NCBI GenBank assembly: GCA_002710015.1
Contig: PAOW01000033.1
Span: 8,059-72,058 of the forward strand
Source: Methanobacteriota archaeon
GTDB taxonomy: Archaea > Thermoplasmatota > Poseidoniia > Poseidoniales > Poseidoniaceae
Direction of reading: 5' to 3'
DNA: 64,000 nt
Shown: positions 49,384 to 58,668 of the stretch, piece by piece
How the letters are laid out: every line of letters starts with the position of its first letter
How positions within the stretch are numbered: position 1 is the first letter of the stretch
Made by a program: the position numbers and the translations under genes
Notes under the pieces: model-generated
Seen by the model: only the letters and a program-made list of their open reading frames with translations
The model's database searches: none
Told to the model about the DNA's origin: nothing

Positions 49384-50358
49384 ATGCAAATATGGTTAGA
49401 TTTTGGTCAAAGATCTAACGGCGTGGATTTAGTCAATGGTGAAGACCTAATCGTAGATGGTGATGCAGTATATATCGATGGTAAAATAGCCGGTAGAAGA
49501 GTTGATGTCAGTGATTCAAAGGGTCAAGCAAGAGCTAGATCAATGGCTGGCAGCCTTGAGTGGATACTACTCGATTTAGGCGATTGGAAAATGATCCCAA
49601 TAGAGAATATAATCGCTGCATGTGACGGAACGCCCACGAAGGTCGCTGCTCGTATATCAACATCAGAACAACTACTGGGTGCTGCATTTGCTTTACAGAT
49701 TGGAGTAGATGCGCTACTTGTACCAGAATCAATACTTGAAAGCGCTTTAATCGCTAAATCTCAACGTTTGGAGAGAACTGAAACTGAGATTTTAAGCGGT
49801 AATCAGCATGACTTTACATTGACTACACTAGAGGTTACAACAGTCACTGAAGGGGGCGTTGGAGATAGGGTATGTGTTGACTTTACAGGCTTATTAAGTG
49901 AAGGAGAAGGCATGTTAGTTGGCTCTAGTTCATCTTCTATGGCATTAGTTCACGGTGAAACCGTGGAATCGGAGTTTGTCCCAACTAGACCATTCAGAGT
50001 AAACGCAGGTGCAGCTCATTCCTACACCTTGATGGCAGATGGTAGCACCAAGTATCTATCTGAATTAAAAATGGGTGATGAAGTGAAAGTTATATCACAG
50101 GATAGTGCTGAACGATTTATGACTGTTGGTCGTGTAAAAATCGAGAAGAGACCATTTATCCTACTCAAGTGGAAAGATGAAAACAATAATCAATCAGGTC
50201 TCTTCCTTCAGCAAGCGGAGACTGTTCGCCTAGTAGGTATTTCTGAAGAACTCATACCTGTCACTAGTATTAACATTGGAATGAAAATTTTGGGTTACAC
50301 AGGAGGAACAGGTAGGCACATTGGTATCCCGATTAATGCAGAAGTGAAAGAGAGGTAG
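49384..50358 (+). CDS. aroB': 3-dehydroquinate synthase II (archaeal AroB')
   Basis: 324 aa. GDRVCVDFTGLL..GEGMLVGSSSSSMALVHGETVESEFVPTRPFRVNAGAAHSY...VGRVKIEKRPFILL is near-collinear with the MJ1249-family DHQ synthase II. Confidence 0.85.
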   Translation: MQIWLDFGQRSNGVDLVNGEDLIVDGDAVYIDGKIAGRRVDVSDSKGQARARSMAGSLEWILLDLGDWKMIPIENIIAACDGTPTKVAARISTSEQLLGAAFALQIGVDALLVPESILESALIAKSQRLERTETEILSGNQHDFTLTTLEVTTVTEGGVGDRVCVDFTGLLSEGEGMLVGSSSSSMALVHGETVESEFVPTRPFRVNAGAAHSYTLMADGSTKYLSELKMGDEVKVISQDSAERFMTVGRVKIEKRPFILLKWKDENNNQSGLFLQQAETVRLVGISEELIPVTSINIGMKILGYTGGTGRHIGIPINAEVKER

Positions 50359-50366
50359 GTGAGCAA

Positions 50367-51245
50367 ATGGCCGTGTTGGGAAATGGTTCTGCAAATGGAG
50401 CATGTAGCCTGCTTCATGCAGCAGGTCTAGGTTATGGAGCCTCCCTAGCACTTGACCTCCAAGTCAAAGTTAGAGTTCTGGACAAACAGCCAAGGAAAGT
50501 ATTAGACGATCCCGACGGTCTTTTGAATGAAGTTGAAACTTCTTGGAAGAATGCGGGACACGATTTTCCCGATCAAGAAATATTTTGGTCAGTAACTTCA
50601 GATATACCTCCTCGCCAAGGCCTGAAATCAAGTTCTGCGGTTGCAGTTGCTGCGATTAGAGCCCTTTGTGATGCAACAAATACAGAACTTAGTAACGGAG
50701 AAATCGTTGACATCGCTGCTGCTGCACAACTTGCTTCAGGTGTATCTATTACTGGTAGTTATGATGATTCATGGGCCGCAATTGAAGGAGGTTGGAAACT
50801 TATCGATATTAGTGCTGAGACTGCTGAACAAGGGCTATTGCTGGAATCTCCCGGGCCAAATTCTGAGGACTGGACTGTGTTAATAGTTCTTCGAGATGAG
50901 AGGCTTGAACGCCCTTCCTTGGAGAGCTTCTCCTATCAGCAACAATCCTTCTCACAAGCACTAACAGCCTTACAGGAAGGAAAAGATTTAGTTGCCTTAA
51001 CATTGAATGGAAGAGGAGTTATCGGAGCTGTAAATGACCCAATAGCAAGAAGGATGACAAATGACGCATTTGTGAATGGGGCAAGAGCCGCAGGAATGAC
51101 GGGTTCAGGTCCTGCAATAGTGATCTTTTTACCCAGTATTAGCCAACAATCCATAGATAGGCTGCGAAATTGGTATGACAGATATGATGGAGTTGAAATA
51201 TTGGAAACGACTGTCATAAATGCAGATTTGGTGTATGAACAATAG
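50367..51245 (+). CDS. aroK: Shikimate kinase, archaeal GHMP-kinase type
   Basis: 292 aa. GHMP motif PRQGLKSSSAVAVAAIRA. Sits between the DHQ synthase II and chorismate synthase genes. Confidence 0.65.
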   Translation: MAVLGNGSANGACSLLHAAGLGYGASLALDLQVKVRVLDKQPRKVLDDPDGLLNEVETSWKNAGHDFPDQEIFWSVTSDIPPRQGLKSSSAVAVAAIRALCDATNTELSNGEIVDIAAAAQLASGVSITGSYDDSWAAIEGGWKLIDISAETAEQGLLLESPGPNSEDWTVLIVLRDERLERPSLESFSYQQQSFSQALTALQEGKDLVALTLNGRGVIGAVNDPIARRMTNDAFVNGARAAGMTGSGPAIVIFLPSISQQSIDRLRNWYDRYDGVEILETTVINADLVYEQ

Positions 51246-51262
51246 TAACCACACATTCTTGA

Positions 51263-52282
51263 ATGGATGGCTGCTCATCCTCTTTGACACCAATGCGTAT
51301 GAGTTTGGGCGAGAATGTAGTCGTTACTCTTTTTGGAGAGTCCCATGGCCTAGCAGTTGGCGCATTAATCGAAGGCATGCCTGCAAATAATGAAATAAAT
51401 TTGGAGCAACTAATAGAAGATATGGTCTCTAGAAGACCAGGCTCTGGGCTGGCGAGTAAGAGGAAAGAAACGGATGATGTTGAGATATTATCTGGTGTCC
51501 ACAAAGGTAAAACAACAGGTATGCCAATATTACTACTGATTAGGAACAAAGATGTTAGATCAAAGGATTATTCATTTCTTCCGTATCAACCTAGACCTGG
51601 CCATGTTGACCACCCTATCAGCGTAAAGAGTGAGGGTGCAGCTGACTTACGAGGAGGCGGATCGTTTTCCGCCAGATTGACCGCAGGTTTGGTTGCAGCA
51701 TCATCAATCTCAAGAGTTGCCATACCTGATGATTGGAAGATTGATGCAACTGTTGGTGCTTTGGGTGGCCTTGAAGGTGATGCTGGAATTGCCCTAGCAG
51801 AGGAAGCGCGCAAAGCTGGAGATTCTTTAGGCAGTAGAGTTGATTTAGTGATTTCCGGGCTCCCTGTTGGATTAGGTGAGCCATGGTTTGACGGAATTGA
51901 ACCAGTACTAGCAAGAGCCCTAATGGCTATACCTGCGGCTAGAGCAGTTGAATTTGGAAGAGGAGTGAATGCCGGACTCATGCGAGGAAGTGAACATAAT
52001 GATACGTGGGGAGAAGATATGTCCCTTGGTGAAGGTGCTGATGGAGCCCTTGGCGGGATGGCAAGTGGAGCACCCATCCATGTGCGAGTTACTTTCAAAC
52101 CTCCAAGCGGTATATCACTACCTCAAGAAACGTTTAATCAAGTCACTGGGATGATTGAAGAACTTGCTATTGAAGGTAGACATGACCCCGTGATTGCACC
52201 ACGTGCTAGACCAGTTGTAGAAGCTGTTGCGAGGTTGGTTCTACTAGATTTAGGCATCCAAGGAGGATACATAGATGAGTGA
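51263..52282 (+). CDS. aroC: Chorismate synthase
   Basis: 339 aa. FGESHG near the N-terminus plus the RPGHxD and RSSARET-like regions. The start may be an internal Met (MRMSLGENV). Confidence 0.8.
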   Translation: MDGCSSSLTPMRMSLGENVVVTLFGESHGLAVGALIEGMPANNEINLEQLIEDMVSRRPGSGLASKRKETDDVEILSGVHKGKTTGMPILLLIRNKDVRSKDYSFLPYQPRPGHVDHPISVKSEGAADLRGGGSFSARLTAGLVAASSISRVAIPDDWKIDATVGALGGLEGDAGIALAEEARKAGDSLGSRVDLVISGLPVGLGEPWFDGIEPVLARALMAIPAARAVEFGRGVNAGLMRGSEHNDTWGEDMSLGEGADGALGGMASGAPIHVRVTFKPPSGISLPQETFNQVTGMIEELAIEGRHDPVIAPRARPVVEAVARLVLLDLGIQGGYIDE

Positions 52283-53519
52283 AATTGTTGTTCACAAATT
52301 TGGTGGTTCATGCTTGAGAGAAAAAGGTGACATAGACAGGATTTACAACATCATCAAGAACACAAAAGAAAGCCCTGTGATAGTAGTCTCAGCAATTTGG
52401 GGTATGACTGACAGGCTGATTCGTGCTGAGAGAGATCCAGCATATGCAGGTAGGTTAGTCCAAGACTTAAGATCTCAACATCTAATCTTTGCACCGGGAC
52501 TCGACAAAGGTGAATTTTCAGATTTATTTGAGAGAGTCATGTCTGGAATTTCTAATAATTTACTAGAATATACTTCTGGAGAAGCATCCTCGCATTGCAA
52601 AAACCTGATTTTAGCCGCCGGTGAAAGGCTCAGTGCATTAGCTGTTGCACACCGACTACGTGAACTAGGACTTGAGAAAGCACAACCAATAGGTGCTGAA
52701 GACGTGGGTCTAAAACTGAAAGGCAAAGGGAGAGCGAAGGAGATTGACATCGAGTTATCCTCAAAACATCTGGATAACAAAAGACTTGTCGGCATTCCAG
52801 TATTAACCGGTTGGTTTGGAGAAGGTGAAGACGGAGATATAGCAGTCTTGTCTAGGGGAGGTTCTGATCACTCAGCTGCCGCCTTCGCAAACTTGCTCAA
52901 TGCAAAAAAACTGATTTTGTGGAAAGATGTAGATGGAATTAAGAGACTAAATCCAAGATGGGGATTAGAAACACCTAGCATTCCGTATTTGAATTATGAA
53001 CAAGCCCTTGAACTATCACTACATGGAACACCTATCATCCACCCTGCTACGGTGATACCACTTGTAGAGATTGGAATTCCAATAGAAGTTCGCAATTTTC
53101 ACAAACCAACAAGTAACACTCCAACCAAGATAGGTCCTGAAGCCGCATCAAGCGGCGTAATTGCGATAGGTTGCTACCCTGGCGTTGCAGTAATAACAAA
53201 TAACAAACAATTGTCCAGTCTACTGTTATCTAAAATTGAGGAGTTCGATGTCTCTCCGTGGTTAATGAAATCAACTCCAGACAGTTTGAAACTGATTATA
53301 CCTACCCATGACTTTGACAGGCTAGAAGAGTTTGTTGAGGGAAAAACCGAATTCAAAACAGCAATTGTCTCAATAATAGGAGATTGTGAGATTCCCAGTG
53401 GATATGAAATAGTCTCTAGCAATGAATATGCTACAAGAGTAATCGTCGAAACAGACAACTTGTCAAAGACTATTGATGAGATATATCACTCTTTATTCTC
53501 TCTCCAAGACTGCAAATGA
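52275..53519 (+). CDS. lysC: Aspartate kinase (amino-acid kinase family with C-terminal ACT-like region)
   Basis: 414 aa. N-terminal VVHKFGGSCL (aspartokinase KFGGTS pattern) and VVVSAIWGMTDRL. Overlaps the aroC stop by 8 nt. Confidence 0.65.
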   Translation: MSEIVVHKFGGSCLREKGDIDRIYNIIKNTKESPVIVVSAIWGMTDRLIRAERDPAYAGRLVQDLRSQHLIFAPGLDKGEFSDLFERVMSGISNNLLEYTSGEASSHCKNLILAAGERLSALAVAHRLRELGLEKAQPIGAEDVGLKLKGKGRAKEIDIELSSKHLDNKRLVGIPVLTGWFGEGEDGDIAVLSRGGSDHSAAAFANLLNAKKLILWKDVDGIKRLNPRWGLETPSIPYLNYEQALELSLHGTPIIHPATVIPLVEIGIPIEVRNFHKPTSNTPTKIGPEAASSGVIAIGCYPGVAVITNNKQLSSLLLSKIEEFDVSPWLMKSTPDSLKLIIPTHDFDRLEEFVEGKTEFKTAIVSIIGDCEIPSGYEIVSSNEYATRVIVETDNLSKTIDEIYHSLFSLQDCK

Positions 53520-54400
53520 GTCGGCAAGTCCAAGGCAAACAAGCCGCCAACGACCAGGAATACAAACAGAGTTCCCAGAGCAACGCCATATACAGAAATC
53601 AGTTCTACGGATTCTTCCATTCTTAGGGCTGTTTGTTCAGAGAACAACGATACTAGCGCTGGTAAGATCGTGTTTACAGAAAGAACGAGCAAAGCTAATC
53701 CACCAGCAATAATGGGGTTTATGACCAAGGAACGATGATATTTCCCGATTATTTTTTTCACATTCATTACGTAAACTTCTCTAGTCCTTATCGAAGTGTC
53801 AAGCATGCTAAATCTCAATACTCCGTTGGACAATTCGAAATACATAACAAGCAAAACTGCATATGTTACAACCAGAATCGTCAGAAGGAATTCACTATCC
53901 CCTAATCCAAAAACATCTTGTGAAAGTGATACCTTTGAGGATGCAAATCTCATTACAGACAATATGAACAGTATGTAAGAGGTTAGCAAATATCTAGCAT
54001 CTCTACTCATTGTACCCCAAAAACCAGTTCCAATAGCTCCAACTACTACGATTAACTGTAGAATGTTTGCAATAGCAATTGAGCCCGTAACTGCATACCA
54101 TAGTGTGCCAACAGCAGGGGTTACAATATATGTCAAGATACCAAGTGCTATTAGAACTCCATAGCAACCTAATTGTAAATTTTGCACCATCTTATCAGCA
54201 GGCAAGAATTTCATTTTAGGTACTAGTGGACCACCGAGTAAACTCTCAACAAAGGAAGGTATCTCTACGGTAGGAATTGCATCCTTTGGAATCTCAGATC
54301 CTCCTGACATCTTTCCTGCCAGTTTCTTTCGAGAGGGTGCTGAAGAGCGCACGGTCTTGCCATCGTATAGGTGGGATGTGTCTCCTGATTTATTTGCCAT
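53486..54400 (-). CDS. Polytopic membrane protein, last gene of MoxR-DUF58 operon
   Basis: 304 aa. A soluble ~60-aa N-terminus followed by about 6 hydrophobic helices. Begins 11 nt downstream of the DUF58 gene. Confidence 0.4.
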   Translation of the reverse strand: MANKSGDTSHLYDGKTVRSSAPSRKKLAGKMSGGSEIPKDAIPTVEIPSFVESLLGGPLVPKMKFLPADKMVQNLQLGCYGVLIALGILTYIVTPAVGTLWYAVTGSIAIANILQLIVVVGAIGTGFWGTMSRDARYLLTSYILFILSVMRFASSKVSLSQDVFGLGDSEFLLTILVVTYAVLLVMYFELSNGVLRFSMLDTSIRTREVYVMNVKKIIGKYHRSLVINPIIAGGLALLVLSVNTILPALVSLFSEQTALRMEESVELISVYGVALGTLFVFLVVGGLFALDLPTHLQSWRENKE

Positions 54401-54410
54401 TATGATACCC

Positions 54411-55724
54411 CTAAAATCCTCTTGCTCCTGCTAGCGCTGTTGAAAGTAGCATGTCTGGTTCCCAATCCATGATATTTACACCAAGTCCTCGTAACTCGCC
54501 TATCAGCACGTCCCTTTCTGTCTTCAACACTTCATATCCAGTTCTATCTAACCTTCTTGCATCGAATTCAAACTCTAGGCTAGAAGGCGATAATACTGTC
54601 ACATCGAAGTCCCTAGCTCTGAAGTCTCTCAGTGCATTGACAACAGTGGGATCATCCTCAAGATTTGATAGAACTATTATCGGGCTACCTTTGTTAATGT
54701 GGGGCAATATTCTGTTTACTACAACCTGAAGTGGAATATTTCCTTTAGCCATAGCCCCAGCTAGTTTTGTCAAAATAACATACAACTGCTTCTTACCTGT
54801 ATCTCTGTCAACACTAACAACCTCATCACCATACGTGATCAATCCAACTGAGTCTCTCCTACCAAGGAAATACTTGGCTAGACTAGCCGCTGCTCTGGTA
54901 GAATAAACCAAGGCATTTCGAGAAACCGGACCTGTCTCAGATACAGCCCTAGAATCTACAATCAATATTATATCGCTAACTGCATCTCTTTCTCTCTCGT
55001 TGACCATCAATCGGCCGCTTCTTGCATATGCTGACCAGTTTATCGCTCGGAAAGAGTCACCATCAAAATATTCTCTAAGCGAATAGAATTCAGAACCTGG
55101 CCCTGGCTGTCTAATGTTTACAGCACCAGTGAATATTTTTGGAACTCTTGATTTGACAAATGTATCTTTCAAATCCTCCATCTTAGGGAAAACTAGGAAA
55201 TCGTTGTAGACATGCAACTCCTTTTCTTTGTGGAAAAGACCGAATGGGTCTTGAACCCTTACAGCCACTGGTCCTAAACTGTAAAACCCTCTTAGAGGAC
55301 ACTCTACTGTATACTCTATGAATGTCTCACGTCTTGGGCCTAATTCCATTAAAATGTAATTTGCTCCTTCTTTTATCCGCATGACTTCAGGAACTCTATC
55401 ACGAACCTCGAGTATTTTTCCAAGAGCAGAGTGATTTTGCATCCTCAATGTAACTGAAACCTCGCCATCTTCAAAAATACGAGCACTAGACAGTTTTCGC
55501 ATTGCAGAGACATTGGAAAGAGATACACCCTCTTCTCCCATCCATTCCTCTGCCCTGCGTCCACTAGCAGCGACGTCAGCATGTCCTCCAAACAATGCAG
55601 CCCATGTTAGGAACACAAAGATCACAACAGCTATGGTTACTAATTGAGAATTTCTCAACGTAAGACCAAGCAAATACATTGCTACGGCTAAAGACCCTAA
55701 CATTGCACTTTTGCGACTCCACAT
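54411..55724 (-). CDS. DUF58-family protein (MoxR partner, vWA-like)
   Basis: 437 aa. N-terminal two TM helices. GPGSEFYSLREYFDGDSFRAINWSAYARSGRLMVNERERD matches the DUF58 core (G.G.eF...ReY..GDd.R.IdW...AR). Confidence 0.7.
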   Translation of the reverse strand: MWSRKSAMLGSLAVAMYLLGLTLRNSQLVTIAVVIFVFLTWAALFGGHADVAASGRRAEEWMGEEGVSLSNVSAMRKLSSARIFEDGEVSVTLRMQNHSALGKILEVRDRVPEVMRIKEGANYILMELGPRRETFIEYTVECPLRGFYSLGPVAVRVQDPFGLFHKEKELHVYNDFLVFPKMEDLKDTFVKSRVPKIFTGAVNIRQPGPGSEFYSLREYFDGDSFRAINWSAYARSGRLMVNERERDAVSDIILIVDSRAVSETGPVSRNALVYSTRAAASLAKYFLGRRDSVGLITYGDEVVSVDRDTGKKQLYVILTKLAGAMAKGNIPLQVVVNRILPHINKGSPIIVLSNLEDDPTVVNALRDFRARDFDVTVLSPSSLEFEFDARRLDRTGYEVLKTERDVLIGELRGLGVNIMDWEPDMLLSTALAGARGF

Positions 55725-55755
55725 ACTACGTCACCTACGGTTATTCAGTGAAATT

Positions 55756-56925
55756 TCAGACCGTTGGAACTGGAACTTCTCGCAAAATCGTCTGTATTAC
55801 TTCACCAGACTCCAATCCTTTGATTTGGTGTTCTGGCTTTAGTATGATTCTGTGTGCTAGTGCAAGTTCTGCTACGGTCTTGATGTCATCGGGTGTTACG
55901 AAATCGCGTCCACGAAGGGCCGCTGCTGCACGAGATGTTTTCAGTAGAGCTTGAGAACCACGAGGGGATGAACCTACCAAAACTCTTGGATCTTCCCTTG
56001 TTCTAGTTACAACCTCAACCATGTACATTCTCAACGCTGGATCGACATAAATGTCTTCACACGCTTGTTGCATGGCTATAACTCTCTGTGGGTCTGTAAT
56101 TACGTCAACATCAACAGCGTCTTTTCCACGGTTGATACGTCGAGCAAGTATCTCGTCCTCATCTGCACGGTCCGGATAACCTACACTCATCTTGAACATG
56201 AACCGGTCCAGCTGTGCTTCAGGTAGGGGATATGTTCCTTCCTGTTCAACAGGGTTTTGTGTTGCCATAACAATAAACGGTGCAGGTAACTTGTGGGTGA
56301 CTGTTCCAATAGTCACCTGCTTCTCCTGCATAGCCTCAAGCAAAGCAGCTTGGGTTTTAGGAGGAGCACGGTTTATTTCGTCAGCAAGTAACAAGTTACA
56401 GAACAATGGTCCTGGCTTGAATGTGAATTCTCCCTTCTTGGCATCGTATATGTTAGTACCAGTAATATCTGCTGGTAGCAAATCCGGAGTGAACTGGACA
56501 CGTTTGAAGTCACATCCAAGTGCGTCTGCAAACGTGTTGGTCATCAGGGTTTTTGCAAGTCCAGGATAATCTTCGAATAACAGGTTTCCGTTAGATAAGA
56601 TATTGATTAATACATTATCTATAACGTGGCTCTTTCCGATAATTACCTTCTGTACTTCAGCGCTTATTGCCTGAGCGATTGCTCCTACTGCTTGTAGGCG
56701 TTCTCTTACCTCAGGGCTACTCTGGTGTCTAGGCTGTGCCTGAACCGGTGCTGGTGCAGCAGGGGCTGGTGCCGGAGCAGCTGGAGCAGGCGCTTGAGGC
56801 GCTGCTGGAGCTGCTGGAGCAGGCGCTTGAGGCGCTGCTGGGGCTGGTGCCGCTGCTGGCATTCCTGCGGGAGCAGGTGGTGCCGGTGCAGGGGGGGCTG
56901 CGGGTGGTGGTGGTGCTGGCTGCAT
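55756..56925 (-). CDS. moxR: MoxR-family AAA+ ATPase with ~65-aa Pro/Ala-rich N-terminal extension
   Basis: 389 aa. Walker A region FEDYPGLAKTLM, Walker B LLADEINRAPPKTQAALLEAMQE, and an overall MoxR layout. The N-terminus MQPAPPPPAAPPAPAPPAPAGMPAAAPAPAAPQAPAPAAPAAPQAPAPAAPAPAPAAPAP is low-complexity. Confidence 0.85.
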   Translation of the reverse strand: MQPAPPPPAAPPAPAPPAPAGMPAAAPAPAAPQAPAPAAPAAPQAPAPAAPAPAPAAPAPVQAQPRHQSSPEVRERLQAVGAIAQAISAEVQKVIIGKSHVIDNVLINILSNGNLLFEDYPGLAKTLMTNTFADALGCDFKRVQFTPDLLPADITGTNIYDAKKGEFTFKPGPLFCNLLLADEINRAPPKTQAALLEAMQEKQVTIGTVTHKLPAPFIVMATQNPVEQEGTYPLPEAQLDRFMFKMSVGYPDRADEDEILARRINRGKDAVDVDVITDPQRVIAMQQACEDIYVDPALRMYMVEVVTRTREDPRVLVGSSPRGSQALLKTSRAAAALRGRDFVTPDDIKTVAELALAHRIILKPEHQIKGLESGEVIQTILREVPVPTV

Positions 56926-56945
56926 GTCTTTTTTACCTCCTTAGT

Positions 56946-58517
56946 TTATTTTCCCCAACGCCGAATTTGTTGCAATAATTGCCTTAATTCTTCGTTGGAA
57001 TATGAACGCTGTTGTGAATATAACAGCTCGATTAGGCGAGGATCTTTTACCATAGATTGGACCTCTCCTGGGGTTTTTCTTATCATCTCGTCACGTGTCA
57101 AATCATTGAACTGACGAACTTTTGCCATTAGTGCTTCTCGCACTCTAGGAATATACTGATTAGGATCGACTTTGTTGGGTCTCTCTCTAAATCTTGTTAA
57201 ATCGAATATGTGTCTCCAGTTTTCCTTTTCAGGGACTACCATGATTGCGATTGATAGTAGAGCGACTAAGTTCAAAATTATTAGCCATTTTAACAGTGTA
57301 TCACTGGTGAGCATTACTATCGCACCAATAGCTTCAGTAAACGGAGAAGATACAGCAGAGGTTACGTGGCGAGATTCGTCAAATACGATGTAGAAATTGC
57401 TATTTTCGCTGGTTATGACAGTAGAAATTTCTTCGTTATCATGCTCCATCATATCTCTAATCATGGTTACGAAGTAATCCTCATTACCATTCCAATTTGT
57501 ATCGCCATCGCTAGAAGATAGTAGTGAATCCCAGCATGCCCTATCACCATAGCTTGCAGAGGAGCATTGTTCCTTACCTGTGACTTCAGCATCAGCCTTA
57601 TCCCACAGATGATTAGCAAAAACTGAATGGTCCGAGATAAATACAATACTTCCTGTTACATCAACTTCTCCTTCACGAATTCCCTTCACTTGATCAACGA
57701 CTTCTATACCTGGGTAGTCCATTCTTACTATCAAACCAGTGTTGTTGCCTCCGAGTACGGGGTTGTTTCTGTTGTTAGGATTGTTATCTTCTCTGGCAAT
57801 AAATGCTGAGCCAGATGCGTGTGCAAGGATTTTGACATTTCTAGAATCCTCAACGTCGTTCTCTAAAACTTGAATTGCTGTTGGCCTGTGGAACAAAACA
57901 GGTAGCGCACAGTCGTCGTATTTGCTACTGTCTTGTAAATCACTGCAATACTCTCGCCTTTCAAATTGATCGTCCCAAACCTTGCTCACACCGGCAACAG
58001 CCCAAATCTTGTGCTGATCGGCAGGTTCAGGTTGACCGGTTTGGCTTTTGACCTCGTAGTATCTGTTTGGATCAACAACTGGAGCATCGAAGAACTTTAC
58101 ATCAAATTCTTCTGCAACTGTTTGAGCATTTGTTGAATTTGCAGCGATTATCACTTTACCTCCTTTTTCAGTAACGAAATCATGGATTGCTTCTGCCTCA
58201 GAACTATCGAAGGGCTTCTCCGGTGCAGCTATGATTAGCATTGTCCTGTGAGGTTCTCTCCAGTCATTTACTAACATAGGAGTTGACATTGTATTAGCAA
58301 CTACGTAGTTCTTACCTTCATCGCCAAGCGAGGCACGCATGGTCGAAATCTGTTGATACTGTAGATTTGTATCAGCGTCTGTAACGTAAGCAGAGTATAC
58401 AGTATCCTTGTCAGCAGAGGTGACTACTATCACTGTAGTAGAAAGTAGCAGTGCTACGATGAATCCCACCAAGAGCCAGGTTTCTAACTTGACCTTAGAT
58501 GGCTCTCCGTCTGTCAT
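56946..58517 (-). CDS. Membrane protein with large extracytoplasmic domain (N-terminal and near-C-terminal TM helices), MoxR operon
   Basis: 523 aa. TM near the N-terminus (WLLVGFIVALLLSTTVIVV) and near the C-terminus (LIILNLVALLSIAIMVV). Possibly DUF4350-like, as is common in MoxR-DUF58 operons; not verified. Confidence 0.4.
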   Translation of the reverse strand: MTDGEPSKVKLETWLLVGFIVALLLSTTVIVVTSADKDTVYSAYVTDADTNLQYQQISTMRASLGDEGKNYVVANTMSTPMLVNDWREPHRTMLIIAAPEKPFDSSEAEAIHDFVTEKGGKVIIAANSTNAQTVAEEFDVKFFDAPVVDPNRYYEVKSQTGQPEPADQHKIWAVAGVSKVWDDQFERREYCSDLQDSSKYDDCALPVLFHRPTAIQVLENDVEDSRNVKILAHASGSAFIAREDNNPNNRNNPVLGGNNTGLIVRMDYPGIEVVDQVKGIREGEVDVTGSIVFISDHSVFANHLWDKADAEVTGKEQCSSASYGDRACWDSLLSSSDGDTNWNGNEDYFVTMIRDMMEHDNEEISTVITSENSNFYIVFDESRHVTSAVSSPFTEAIGAIVMLTSDTLLKWLIILNLVALLSIAIMVVPEKENWRHIFDLTRFRERPNKVDPNQYIPRVREALMAKVRQFNDLTRDEMIRKTPGEVQSMVKDPRLIELLYSQQRSYSNEELRQLLQQIRRWGK

Positions 58518-58668
58518 TTTTCTCCACCAATTAATCGGCTACGTACAAACGTAGTAATCAACGGAACTTCACTACACTCATATAGATTATCGTGGCTTGC
58601 TCAAATTTTTGAAATGAATATCATATGACCTATAAGAGTATCATTCCCTTATTTGTGAATTAAATACG

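Noticed and set aside
51586-52098. 170-aa minus-strand ORF inside aroC
   Set aside because: Antisense to chorismate synthase, which has strong motifs. No recognisable domain.
58518-58668. Small hairpin CTACGTACAAACGTAG in the intergenic region between MoxR-operon genes
   Set aside because: A single 6-bp stem in a 150-bp AT-rich spacer. It could be a terminator or promoter element, but there is no supporting repeat or conservation evidence available here.
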